Positions 1-7,728 of a stretch of DNA of 64,000 nucleotides are shown here, in pieces. A program made the position numbers and the translations under genes. The DNA comes from Verrucomicrobiia bacterium (lineage in GTDB: Bacteria; Verrucomicrobiota; Verrucomicrobiia; Limisphaerales; JAEYXS01): positions 17,665-81,664 of the forward strand of contig DASWYF010000025.1 in assembly GCA_036405135.1 (NCBI GenBank). Direction: 5' to 3'. The first letter of the stretch is position 1. Every line of letters starts with the position of its first letter. The notes under the pieces were generated by a model. That model saw nothing but the letters and a program-made list of their open reading frames with translations, was not told the DNA's origin and ran no database searches.

Positions 1-1569
1 TGCTGCCACCGTGCTCGAGACCGTCGCCGACGGCTTGCTGTCCACCGCCGCCACCAACGTCCCCGTAGAGACCATCGGGGCCTTGAAGAGCGCCAGCTCT
101 TCCTTCGTGTAAGGAACCTTCGTCGCCTTCAACACTTCGAGTTGCGCCTTCAAGTTCGCCAGCTCATCCGCCGCCTTGTCCGTGTCACGGCGATTCGAAC
201 GGCTGCTTGCCTCCTTCAATTTCTTCTCCAGGCTGTCGCGTTCTTTTTCCAGATCGCGCACCTTGTTCTCCAGCTTCGCCACTTCCTTCGTGTTCGCGAC
301 CGGTGCCGCCGTCGCAGACGCTCCCATCTTCGGATCCGTCAGGAGCGCTTCCAGCTTCGCATTCTCCTTGCGCAGCTTCTCCGCATCACGCATCTCGCTT
401 TGCGCCGCCGACCGCGCCCTGCTCGCTTCCGTCTGCGCCTGCTCCACCGCCTTCTGCTGCTCTGCCAAACGCTTCTGCGTCTCCGAAAGCTCCTTCTTCA
501 AGCCCTCATCCGCATTGGACATCTTCGCCATGTTCGCCGCGCGCTTCTGTTCATCCTTGAGCTGCGCAGCCAGAGTTTCGGTCTGCGCCTTCAACTGTGT
601 CGCCTCCAATGCCAGCGCCCGGTTCTCCGTCTCCAGCTTCGCCACATCACCCATCTTCTTATTGGCGGACTTCAAGGATTCCGCTTCGGCCTTCGCTGTC
701 GCGAGCTGACTTTCCAAAGCCTTGTTCGACGATTCTAATTTCGCCGCATTCCCCGCCAGCTTGTTCGCATCGGAAAGCTGCTTCTTCAACGTCGAAACTT
801 CTTCCTTCAACTGCGGCAGCTCCTTGCTCTCGCGCATCGAGCCGATTTTCTTCTCCAGGCTCGCGTTCTCATCCGTCAGCTTCGCCATCGCCCTCTTCTG
901 GCTGGCCAATTCCTTGTTGGCGTCGGCCAATTGTGATTTCGTTTCTGAAATCTCCTTCGCATCCACCATCTTGGCAGATTTCACCTGCTCTTGCTGCAAG
1001 CTCGCCTTCAACACATCGCGCTCCTTCTGCACTTCCAGCAATGTTCCTTCCACCTTGGCCAGTTCCTTCGGGTCCAATGCGGCGGGTTTCGCCGCCAGCG
1101 CATCCTTGAGCTGCTTCTGCAGCATGATCTTCTCCGTCTGCAGACTGATCAACTGATCGTGCAAGCGAGTGATCTCGGAGTCCGAGAAACTCGGCTGCGG
1201 CACTGGCGCTGGCACATTCTCCTTGGCCGGCCCGCTCTTCATCGCTGGCGTAGAGACAGCCGGTTTAGGCGTCGGCTTCACGTTCGGATACTTCGCCGCC
1301 AACGGCGCGATCTTCTGGTTCACATACTCCAGCCGGTATTGGATCACCGTGGCGTTGTAGTTCGGATATGCGGAACGCAGCTTCTGCAACCCCTCCTGCA
1401 CATCGCGATACCGGATCAACGCCGCCGACTCCTCACCCTTCACCAACAACGCTTCGGCGTCCTGCAACATGCCGTAATAAGTCGCGTAAAGCTCATCTTG
1501 CGGATCGGCTTGTACCACGAGGGCAATAGCCAATAAAGCAGCGCCAACTGTCGGGAGAAGTCGTTTCAT
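1..1569 (-). CDS. Exported coiled-coil protein, C-terminal part cut off by the window edge
   Basis: It is not in the ORF track because there is no stop codon in the window. The reverse complement from ATG 1567-1569 reads MKRLLPTVGAALLAIALVVQADPQDELYATYYGML... and stays open for all 523 codons down to position 1. The N-terminus looks like a signal peptide, followed by a long K/E/A/L/Q-rich heptad-like sequence (...KELASQKRAMAKLTDENASLEKKIGSMRESKELPQLKEEVSTLKKQL...). The + strand ORFs listed for 142-1536 are low-complexity mirror frames of this gene. Confidence 0.7.
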   Translation of the reverse strand, partial: MKRLLPTVGAALLAIALVVQADPQDELYATYYGMLQDAEALLVKGEESAALIRYRDVQEGLQKLRSAYPNYNATVIQYRLEYVNQKIAPLAAKYPNVKPTPKPAVSTPAMKSGPAKENVPAPVPQPSFSDSEITRLHDQLISLQTEKIMLQKQLKDALAAKPAALDPKELAKVEGTLLEVQKERDVLKASLQQEQVKSAKMVDAKEISETKSQLADANKELASQKRAMAKLTDENASLEKKIGSMRESKELPQLKEEVSTLKKQLSDANKLAGNAAKLESSNKALESQLATAKAEAESLKSANKKMGDVAKLETENRALALEATQLKAQTETLAAQLKDEQKRAANMAKMSNADEGLKKELSETQKRLAEQQKAVEQAQTEASRARSAAQSEMRDAEKLRKENAKLEALLTDPKMGASATAAPVANTKEVAKLENKVRDLEKERDSLEKKLKEASSRSNRRDTDKAADELANLKAQLEVLKATKVPYTKEELALFKAPMVSTGTLVAAVDSKPSATVSSTVAA

Positions 1570-1744
1570 GGGCCGCATGGATATAGGGAAACGCCCCGTT
1601 TGGCAATCCGTTTGCCGCAAGAAAACGCGTTCCTTGCCACCATCCAAATTTTGCTCCATTCCCATCTCCTCACGCCCTCCTTCCAGCGTCATCACTGTCC
1701 CTTGCTCCGGATGCATAACTCATCCTTCATGGTCCCTAATCTAA

Positions 1745-1844
1745 AACAGTCAGTAGGACATTGGCTGTCCATGTCCCTTTTTTTGAAAAACATTTCAAAG
1801 CAGCATAACCCGCTGCTAATCAGAACTTTAAAGCCAAAACATCC
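1745..1844 (-). repeat. Copy C of a conserved ~100-140-nt upstream module (core palindrome GGACATTGGCTGTCC at 1756-1770), with no small ORF attached
   Basis: In gene orientation it reads GGATGTTTTGGCTTTAAAG...ATGTTTTTCAAAAAAAGGGACATGGACAGCCAATGTCCTAC, which aligns with 30149-30285 (-) and 41811-41952 (+). It lies about 175 nt upstream of the start of the coiled-coil gene. The ATG inside the palindrome is followed by a stop after 3 codons here. Confidence 0.75.
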
Positions 1845-1870
1845 ACCTGATATCGATTTGAGGTCAAAAA

Positions 1871-1930
1871 TTTCGCCTTTCTACTCCCCTTTCGCATATT
1901 TCGCGTCTTTCGCGGTTAACCCTCCCCTGA
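1871..1930 (+). repeat. Stutter-type intergenic element, TTTCGC family
   Basis: The sequence is TTTCGCCTTTCTACTCCCCTTTCGCATATTTCGCGTCTTTCGCGGTTAACCCTCCCC. A short word is repeated with variation and ends in GGTTAA plus a C-tract. A second copy lies at 2569-2605. Confidence 0.7.
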
Positions 1931-2145
1931 TAAAACCCTCTTAAATCACCCTCCTTATTCACCTCTCAACCGGCTTCGTCTCCGTGAGGCGCCCTTTATA
2001 TCATCCCCTCTCAATCAGGCTTACCCGAGAAGGAATTTCGTGCAGAATCAGGTAAACACCCCATATCAACCAGTCCATTAGGCACTTTGCGCAAAATCAA
2101 AACCCGATTATCTTTAGTCAAAACCTAGACAAGCGGAGATGGGAT

Positions 2146-2496
2146 ATGACAGGCGAAGGTTTCAGTGAAAAATTAAACGCTTTAAGAACATTGGTCGACG
2201 AGGGTTGCGGAGCCAACATGGACCTGTGCCAACAACACTACACGGCAGGCTCCAAAATCGTTGAAGAGCTTGAGCATTCTCAAAACCTTCCAGCACAAGC
2301 CCGGCAGATGCTGCCTCAGATCCGGCGCTCTTTGTCGGATTACTACAACATCCTTTTCAACCGCAGTTGGACCAAAAGATTCCTGCTGGACGACATCGCG
2401 AGATTGGAACTCCTCTGCCTCAATCCGCCCTCGGACGAGATTCAATTTCCCACTCAATCCTTTAACCCCTTCGACCGCTCCCGCGACGCCGCATAG
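2146..2496 (+). CDS. Hypothetical protein (116 aa)
   Basis: It is a track ORF with normal amino-acid composition (MTGEGFSEKLNALRTLVDEGCGANMDLCQQHY...) and no competing gene. I recognise no family. Confidence 0.45.
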   Translation: MTGEGFSEKLNALRTLVDEGCGANMDLCQQHYTAGSKIVEELEHSQNLPAQARQMLPQIRRSLSDYYNILFNRSWTKRFLLDDIARLELLCLNPPSDEIQFPTQSFNPFDRSRDAA

Positions 2497-2568
2497 ACCA
2501 TCAGGTTTCTCTTCAACACCACCGCGTTCCAGTTGGGTACTATTCTTATCTCCTCTGGACTCTCAATT

Positions 2569-2605
2569 CCCCCCTTTCGCGTATTAAGCGTGTTTCGCGG
2601 TTATC
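2569..2605 (+). repeat. Stutter-type intergenic element, TTTCGC family (second copy)
   Basis: CCCCCCTTTCGCGTATTAAGCGTGTTTCGCGGTTATC aligns with 1888-1925. Confidence 0.7.
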
Positions 2606-2690
2606 TTACTAATCCAAACAAGAAAATCAGAATGCAGCCGTTTCCCAATTCATGCTAATTGAGGAAATAAATATCATCCTTCCAGCGTAA

Positions 2691-2726
2691 CTCTCGTAAA
2701 TCGTACTTCTAAAATCGTAAATCCCC
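2691..2726 (+). repeat. Stutter-type intergenic element, AATCGTAAATC family
   Basis: CTCGTAAATCGTACTTCTAAAATCGTAAATCCCC is near-identical to 7578-7612 (CGTAAATCGTAATTCCAAAATCGTAAATCTC). Confidence 0.7.
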
Positions 2727-2743
2727 TTTAGCCTTCTACTGCT

Positions 2744-3277
2744 ATGAACCCTTTCGTCAATCTCCACCAGCGCGGCACCGATCTCCCGCCCGGCTGCAAG
2801 GACTTGATTGACGTCATAAAACCGAAAGTGCCTCGCATGGAGACCGAACGATTGCGCGGCCCCGATGTAGAATATTTAAAAGCCCCATTCCATCGTTTTT
2901 ACTCTACAGGAGACGATCGTGTCATCTCCATCCTGATCTACGGCTCCCATTGTTTCCTTTCTTTGAACTGCATTCCTGCACCAGCGACTCTCGGCTTCGG
3001 CCTTCTCCCCCAATACGTTGCCTTCAACGACACTGTCCGCGATTTTTTTCAAGCCAAGGGCATCCCAGCTCTTTCAGAAAAATTAGGAACACGACCACCC
3101 GGCGAGATCATCCTCGTCCGCTACCCTTTGCCTCCCACCGCCTTTGAAGCCTCAGAATTGATCTCGCAACTGCTCACTCAGGTATATCAAGAAACCGGCC
3201 CCATCCAACTGATGCTTCTTCCATTTCCAAAACGACCCGCCCAAGTCCCGCCTGCGCCTTCCACCTCTGAAGACTGA
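2744..3277 (+). CDS. Hypothetical protein (177 aa)
   Basis: It is a track ORF with normal composition and no recognised family. Confidence 0.5.
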   Translation: MNPFVNLHQRGTDLPPGCKDLIDVIKPKVPRMETERLRGPDVEYLKAPFHRFYSTGDDRVISILIYGSHCFLSLNCIPAPATLGFGLLPQYVAFNDTVRDFFQAKGIPALSEKLGTRPPGEIILVRYPLPPTAFEASELISQLLTQVYQETGPIQLMLLPFPKRPAQVPPAPSTSED

Positions 3278-3375
3278 ACACCAAAAATCTTGAAACTCTT
3301 CCCTTCCCCATCGCTACCTTAGCGCCCTTTTGTTTAAAAATCCGGTTTTTCTTCATTTACCCACCGGTGCAACCG

Positions 3376-3552
<177 letters not shown>

Positions 3553-3575
3553 CCCCCTCTGCGCTTTCTGCGCCT

Positions 3576-3652
3576 ATCCATCCGTGTTTCTTCTGTGTTC
3601 CATCTGTGGCTAAAACTTCCCCCTCCGTGACTCCACGGCAAAATCTCGCCCC
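3576..3652 (+). repeat. Composite ~80-nt dispersed intergenic element (copy 1)
   Basis: ATCCATCCGTGTTTCTTCTGTGTTCCATCTGTGGCTAAAACTTCCCC followed by CTCCGTGACTCCACGGCAAAATCTCGCCCC aligns with 4958-5042. Confidence 0.75.
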
Positions 3653-3748
3653 TAAAAAACTCCCTCTTGGCCAGCTCCTACCTTCGTGCTAATGTTTCGT
3701 CCGAGCCCTTGGAGCAAATCCCTATCACAACCGTCTAATAGACACACT

Positions 3749-4087
3749 ATGGAAAATCAAAACCGTCGTACCGCCCTGAAAACCGTGGCCCTCGCCGCTG
3801 GCGCTCTCCTCTCCACCGAAGCGCTCGCCATCGAAGCCAAACCCAATTATCCTCGTTCCACTCCTGGCCGTTGGCTCTTTTCCGGTAAACCTTGCGCCAT
3901 CTTCCAGCAAGGCCCCATCCTGCTCATCGTCAACGAAACCGGGACACTCGCGACCGGCCAATTCACCAACCAGGACACCTTCAAGATCATCAAAGGCGAT
4001 GGCTGGGGCATCGGCATGACCGGCCAGCTCATCGAAAAAGGTAAACGCATCAAATGGTCCGATGGTGCTTATTGGATCCAGGCCTGA
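3749..4087 (+). CDS. Small exported protein with a twin-arginine-like signal
   Basis: The internal ATG of track ORF 3686-4087 gives MENQNRRTALKTVALAAGALLSTEALA..., an RR motif followed by a hydrophobic h-region. The upstream 21 codons overlap repeat DNA. Confidence 0.6.
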   Translation: MENQNRRTALKTVALAAGALLSTEALAIEAKPNYPRSTPGRWLFSGKPCAIFQQGPILLIVNETGTLATGQFTNQDTFKIIKGDGWGIGMTGQLIEKGKRIKWSDGAYWIQA

Positions 4088-4159
4088 TTCAGCAAGTGTC
4101 CCGAGCGAAACATTACTTGAGGCCATTCGTATCACTCCCATCAAAAGGAAACTCTATCC

Positions 4160-4807
4160 ATGAAAATCCCGCTCCTGCTCGTCACTTGCTTGTTCCTTGC
4201 CGGCTGCTGCCGCGAGGAACCAAAGGTGACCAATCAAGCACTTCTCAGCGAACTGCAAACTATCAAGAGTGAATTGGCAAAAGCACCACCCGCTCCCACC
4301 AAGCTGCGTTGGGCCACCGCGGATCATTACAAGATTTTCTCTGCCCTCACCCAAGCCAGCCGGGATCACCTCGCCCGCACCGCTCAAACCGATCAGCTCT
4401 CCCCGGCCATCGAGGCCCAGATCAGAGAATATGAATCTCTACGCATGCAATTGGTAGTAGCACAGGCAAATGCCAGCACACGCTCTATCCCCGTTCGCCC
4501 CATCCGCATTTCAACCGGCTCAACTGGCCTACCGGAAAGAGAAAGCAACCCTGATCCGGAATTGCAAGCGCTCTCCAAACGCGTCGAAGAAGCCAAAGCC
4601 CCCATCAAAGAGCTCATCGAAAAACGCGACCGCCTAGCTCAGGAATTCCGCGAGAAGCACTCCGTCGAACGCCTCACCGAAGAATACGCCAAAGGCCGTT
4701 ATGATCTGATTGTTGGCACCCGTGAAAAGCCCATGTACCAAGCGGGCACCGAAGTCACCGACATCACCGAAGCCGTCATCGCCCTGCTCAAAGAAAAGAC
4801 CAAATAA
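4160..4807 (+). CDS. Lipoprotein, coiled-coil, with an OmpH/Skp-like C-terminal stretch
   Basis: MKIPLLLVTCLFLAGCC carries a lipobox (LAGC). The C-terminus ...YAKGRYDLIVGTREKPMYQAGTEVTDITEAVIALLKEK resembles the end of Skp/OmpH chaperones. This comparison is from memory and is not verified. Confidence 0.65.
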   Translation: MKIPLLLVTCLFLAGCCREEPKVTNQALLSELQTIKSELAKAPPAPTKLRWATADHYKIFSALTQASRDHLARTAQTDQLSPAIEAQIREYESLRMQLVVAQANASTRSIPVRPIRISTGSTGLPERESNPDPELQALSKRVEEAKAPIKELIEKRDRLAQEFREKHSVERLTEEYAKGRYDLIVGTREKPMYQAGTEVTDITEAVIALLKEKTK

Positions 4808-4910
4808 ACTGCCCTCCCTCAATAGACACAACCTTCTCGATCAGGAAGCGGTTTGCGTACCCGTATTCCGTTCCCTGATATTTATCGAGACACGGTCAAA
4901 TCCATTCCCT

Positions 4911-4942
4911 TTGAATTTCAAATCTTCAAATTTAAAATCCCC
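4911..4942 (+). repeat. Stutter-type intergenic element, TTCAAAT family
   Basis: The sequence is TTGAATTTCAAATCTTCAAATTTAAAATCCCC. Confidence 0.6.
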
Positions 4943-4957
4943 GGCTATCGTCTTTTT

Positions 4958-5042
4958 CCATCCGTGTGATCCGTGTTCCATCTGTGGCTAAAATCCCCTT
5001 CTCCCCTCAGCGCCCTCCGTGTCTCCGTGGTTAATTCTCCCC
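4958..5042 (+). repeat. Composite ~80-nt dispersed intergenic element (copy 2)
   Basis: CCATCCGTGTGATCCGTGTTCCATCTGTGGCTAAAATCCCC ... CTCCGTGTCTCCGTGGTTAATTCTCCCC aligns with 3576-3652. Confidence 0.75.
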
Positions 5043-5093
5043 TAACCACTTGAAATCCATCTAAGACTTGCGGCTTAATCACGCTCAACACAC

Positions 5094-7229
5094 ATGAGCC
5101 AGAGACTTACCACCCGCATCGCCGCCTTGTTGGGCGTGGGATTCCTTTCCGCCACCACCTTCGCCGCCAGCCCGGCGAACACCGATTGGTCCACCTACCT
5201 CGGCAGCAAGGAGCGCAATCTCTACTCCTCGCTGAACCAGATCAACCGCTCCAACGTCACGCAACTCAAAGTCGCGTGGACCTACGAGACCGGTGATAAA
5301 GGCGAGTATCAGGCGAACAACCTCATCGTGAACGGCGTCCTCTTCACGCCCTCACCCACGCGCAAAGTCATCGCCCTCGACGCCGCCACCGGCAAGGAAC
5401 TCTGGAAGTGGGACCCCTCGAAAGAACGCTCCGGCGCTGGTCGTGGACGTCAACGCGGCCTTGTCTATTGGCAAAATGAAAAAGGCGAAGAACAACGCCT
5501 CTTCACCGCCGTCGGCAATTACCTCTTCGCGCTCAATCCCAAAGACGGCACGCTCATCCGCAGCTTCGGTGAAAACGGCTCACTTCACCTCGGCACCGGC
5601 CTCGACACCGCGAACACCCCGAACGTCGGCCTGAACACCCCCGGCGTCATCTACAAGGACTTGATGATCCTCGGCGGTGTGGGCGGCCCCGGAGCCGTGC
5701 GCGCCTTCGATGTCCGCACCGGCGAACGCCGCTGGATCTTCCACCTCATCCCGCGCCCCGGCGAAGTCGGCTACGACACCTGGCCCAAGGAAGCCTACAA
5801 GTCCGCCACCGGCGTCATGCCCTGGCCCGGCCAGTCCCTCGATGAAAAACGCGGCATCGTTTACATCGCCACGAAAACCGCTGAACCCGATTTCTACGGC
5901 GGCGAGCGCCACGGCATGAATCTCTTCGCGAACTGCATCGTCGCGCTCGATGCCGCGACAGGCAAACGCCTCTGGCACTTCCAGATCGTTCATCACGATC
6001 TCCTAGATAAAGACCTCCCCTGCCCGCCCGTTCTCCTCACCGTCACGCACAAAGGCAAGAAAGTGGACGCCGTCGCGCAAGGCACCAAGCACGGCTACGT
6101 CTTCGTCTTCGACCGCGTCACCGGTGAACCCCTCTGGCCCATCGAAGAACGCCCCGTTCCCAAATCCGATTTGCGCGGCGAACAAGCCTGGCCCACGCAA
6201 CCATTCCCCACGAAGCCCGCGCCCTTGATGCGCCAATACTACACCGAGGCCGAAGTCTCCAATATCTCGCCCGAAGCGCAGATCGCCACGCTCGATCGCA
6301 TCAAAGCCTCGCCGAACTTCGGTCCCTTCCCCGCCCCCAGCCTGAATGAAACCGTCATGTTCCCCGGCTTCGATGGCGGCATGGAATGGGGCGGCGGTGC
6401 CGCTGATCCGAACGGCATCTACTACGTGAACATCAACGAGATCCCCTGGCTCGTGCAGATGGTCGAGACGCGTCGCGCCGATGGCAAACCGCTCGTCGCC
6501 GGTGAACGCGATTACATGGTGTATTGCGGCCCCTGCCACGGCCTCGATCGCAAAGGCAATCTCGCAGGCGGCTTCCCCTCGCTCATTGACGTCGAGAAAC
6601 GCAAGACCCGCTTGGAGATCGAGACCATCACCCGCCAAGGCGGCGGCCGCATGCCCGCCTTCGACATGATCCCTGAAGGCTCCCGCACCGCCATCCTCGA
6701 TTACGTCCGCAACGAAAACACCCTCAGCACCGGCGGTCGCCCCGATGAAGCGAACAACAACGCTGCGGCTTCCACCAAGAATCCGCCCTCATACGCCTTC
6801 GCCGGTTTCCGCCGCTATCAGGATAAAGAAGGCTACCCCGCCATCAAACCGCCGTGGGGCACACTCAACGCCGTGGACCTGAACACCGGCGAGATCAAAT
6901 GGAAAGTCCCCCTGGGCGAATACGAAAAACTCACCGCGCGAGGCATCCCGCCCACCGGCACTGAGAACTACGGCGGCCCCGTCGTCACTGCCGGCGGCCT
7001 CATCTTCATCGCCGCCACTGCCGATGAAACCATCCGCGCCTTTGACAAAGACACCGGCAAAATCCTCTGGCAAGCCAAGCTGCCCTTCGGCGGTAATGCG
7101 ACACCGAGCGTCTACATGATCAACGGACGCCAATACGTCGTCATCAACGCCGGCGGCGGCAAATCCGGTCGCCCTAGTGGCGGCAGCATCGTCGCCTTCG
7201 CCCTGCCGGAAACTCCTAAGAAACCTTGA
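5094..7229 (+). CDS. PQQ-dependent dehydrogenase (beta-propeller, glucose/quinate/shikimate-like) with an inserted c-type cytochrome module
   Basis: It has a signal peptide and a quinoprotein-type N-terminus (DWSTYLGSKERNLYSSLNQINRSNVTQLKVAWTYETGD). Propeller repeats run through the C-terminus (...GGPVVTAGGLIFIAATADETIRAFDKDTGKILWQAKLP...). An internal CxxCH heme motif is present (MVYCGPCHGLDRKGN...GGRMPAF). Confidence 0.9.
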   Translation: MSQRLTTRIAALLGVGFLSATTFAASPANTDWSTYLGSKERNLYSSLNQINRSNVTQLKVAWTYETGDKGEYQANNLIVNGVLFTPSPTRKVIALDAATGKELWKWDPSKERSGAGRGRQRGLVYWQNEKGEEQRLFTAVGNYLFALNPKDGTLIRSFGENGSLHLGTGLDTANTPNVGLNTPGVIYKDLMILGGVGGPGAVRAFDVRTGERRWIFHLIPRPGEVGYDTWPKEAYKSATGVMPWPGQSLDEKRGIVYIATKTAEPDFYGGERHGMNLFANCIVALDAATGKRLWHFQIVHHDLLDKDLPCPPVLLTVTHKGKKVDAVAQGTKHGYVFVFDRVTGEPLWPIEERPVPKSDLRGEQAWPTQPFPTKPAPLMRQYYTEAEVSNISPEAQIATLDRIKASPNFGPFPAPSLNETVMFPGFDGGMEWGGGAADPNGIYYVNINEIPWLVQMVETRRADGKPLVAGERDYMVYCGPCHGLDRKGNLAGGFPSLIDVEKRKTRLEIETITRQGGGRMPAFDMIPEGSRTAILDYVRNENTLSTGGRPDEANNNAAASTKNPPSYAFAGFRRYQDKEGYPAIKPPWGTLNAVDLNTGEIKWKVPLGEYEKLTARGIPPTGTENYGGPVVTAGGLIFIAATADETIRAFDKDTGKILWQAKLPFGGNATPSVYMINGRQYVVINAGGGKSGRPSGGSIVAFALPETPKKP

Positions 7230-7233
7230 TCCG

Positions 7234-7554
7234 TTGCCTGCGAATCCCTTCATCAAATATTTCAAGCAAACCGTTGAACAAGACGACGGCTTCTTCCCCC
7301 GTCGCAGCGCGTGGGGAAAGTCGGCGATTTATTATGAGACATCAGAAGAAGGTTTCGTAGGGCGACAGATCCAGCTCTTCGAATCCGGCACTGTTCTGGT
7401 TTACGATGAAACCCATAATATGGATGATTACGGCATGATGCAGATGGAACCAGTCGGCCGTTTCACTCCCAACACCACCATTATAACCAGCAAAGATTTC
7501 CACCTCGTCTGGCCCCGCCACGTCGACGCCATCAATCGACAGCAGGCTGGTTGA
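7234..7554 (+). CDS. Small hypothetical protein, start uncertain
   Basis: Track ORF 7177-7554 overlaps the end of the upstream gene. TTG 7234 is the first plausible start after that gene's stop. The core ...GRQIQLFESGTVLVYDETHNMDDYGMMQMEPVGRFTPNTTIITSKDFHLVW recalls small standalone immunity-like domains (unverified). Confidence 0.4.
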   Translation: MPANPFIKYFKQTVEQDDGFFPRRSAWGKSAIYYETSEEGFVGRQIQLFESGTVLVYDETHNMDDYGMMQMEPVGRFTPNTTIITSKDFHLVWPRHVDAINRQQAG

Positions 7555-7577
7555 CCCAAGCGCCTCCCCCTCGGTCC

Positions 7578-7675
7578 CGTAAATCGTAATTCCAAAATCG
7601 TAAATCTCTCTTCCCCATCCGTGTTGATCTGTGCCCATTTTACCCCGGCTTCTAGTCGGGGCTGCGGCTAAACCC
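7578..7675 (+). repeat. Cluster of three stutter-type elements (AATCGTAAATC family, ATCCGTGT family, GGCTAAA-ending unit)
   Basis: The three units are CGTAAATCGTAATTCCAAAATCGTAAATCTCTCTTCCCC, ATCCGTGTTGATCTGTGCCCATTTTACCCC and GGCTTCTAGTCGGGGCTGCGGCTAAACCC. Confidence 0.7.
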
Positions 7676-7728
7676 TTTCCTTAAATCTTGGACTGGCCAA
7701 CCGCCTCATTCACTGGCACCTTCCCGCC

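Noticed and set aside
142-1536. Five overlapping + strand ORFs (117-198 aa) rich in R/L/S/P/A at the left edge
   Set aside because: They are mirror frames of the real minus-strand coiled-coil gene (1-1569). Their composition is extreme low-complexity. The minus frame has a signal peptide and stays open across the whole region.
1600-1944. 114-aa + strand ORF in the first large intergenic region
   Set aside because: It runs straight through conserved module copy C and the TTTCGC stutter element (...FYSPFAYFASFAVNPP...). Its composition is odd and it has no SD sequence. It is most likely repeat-generated.
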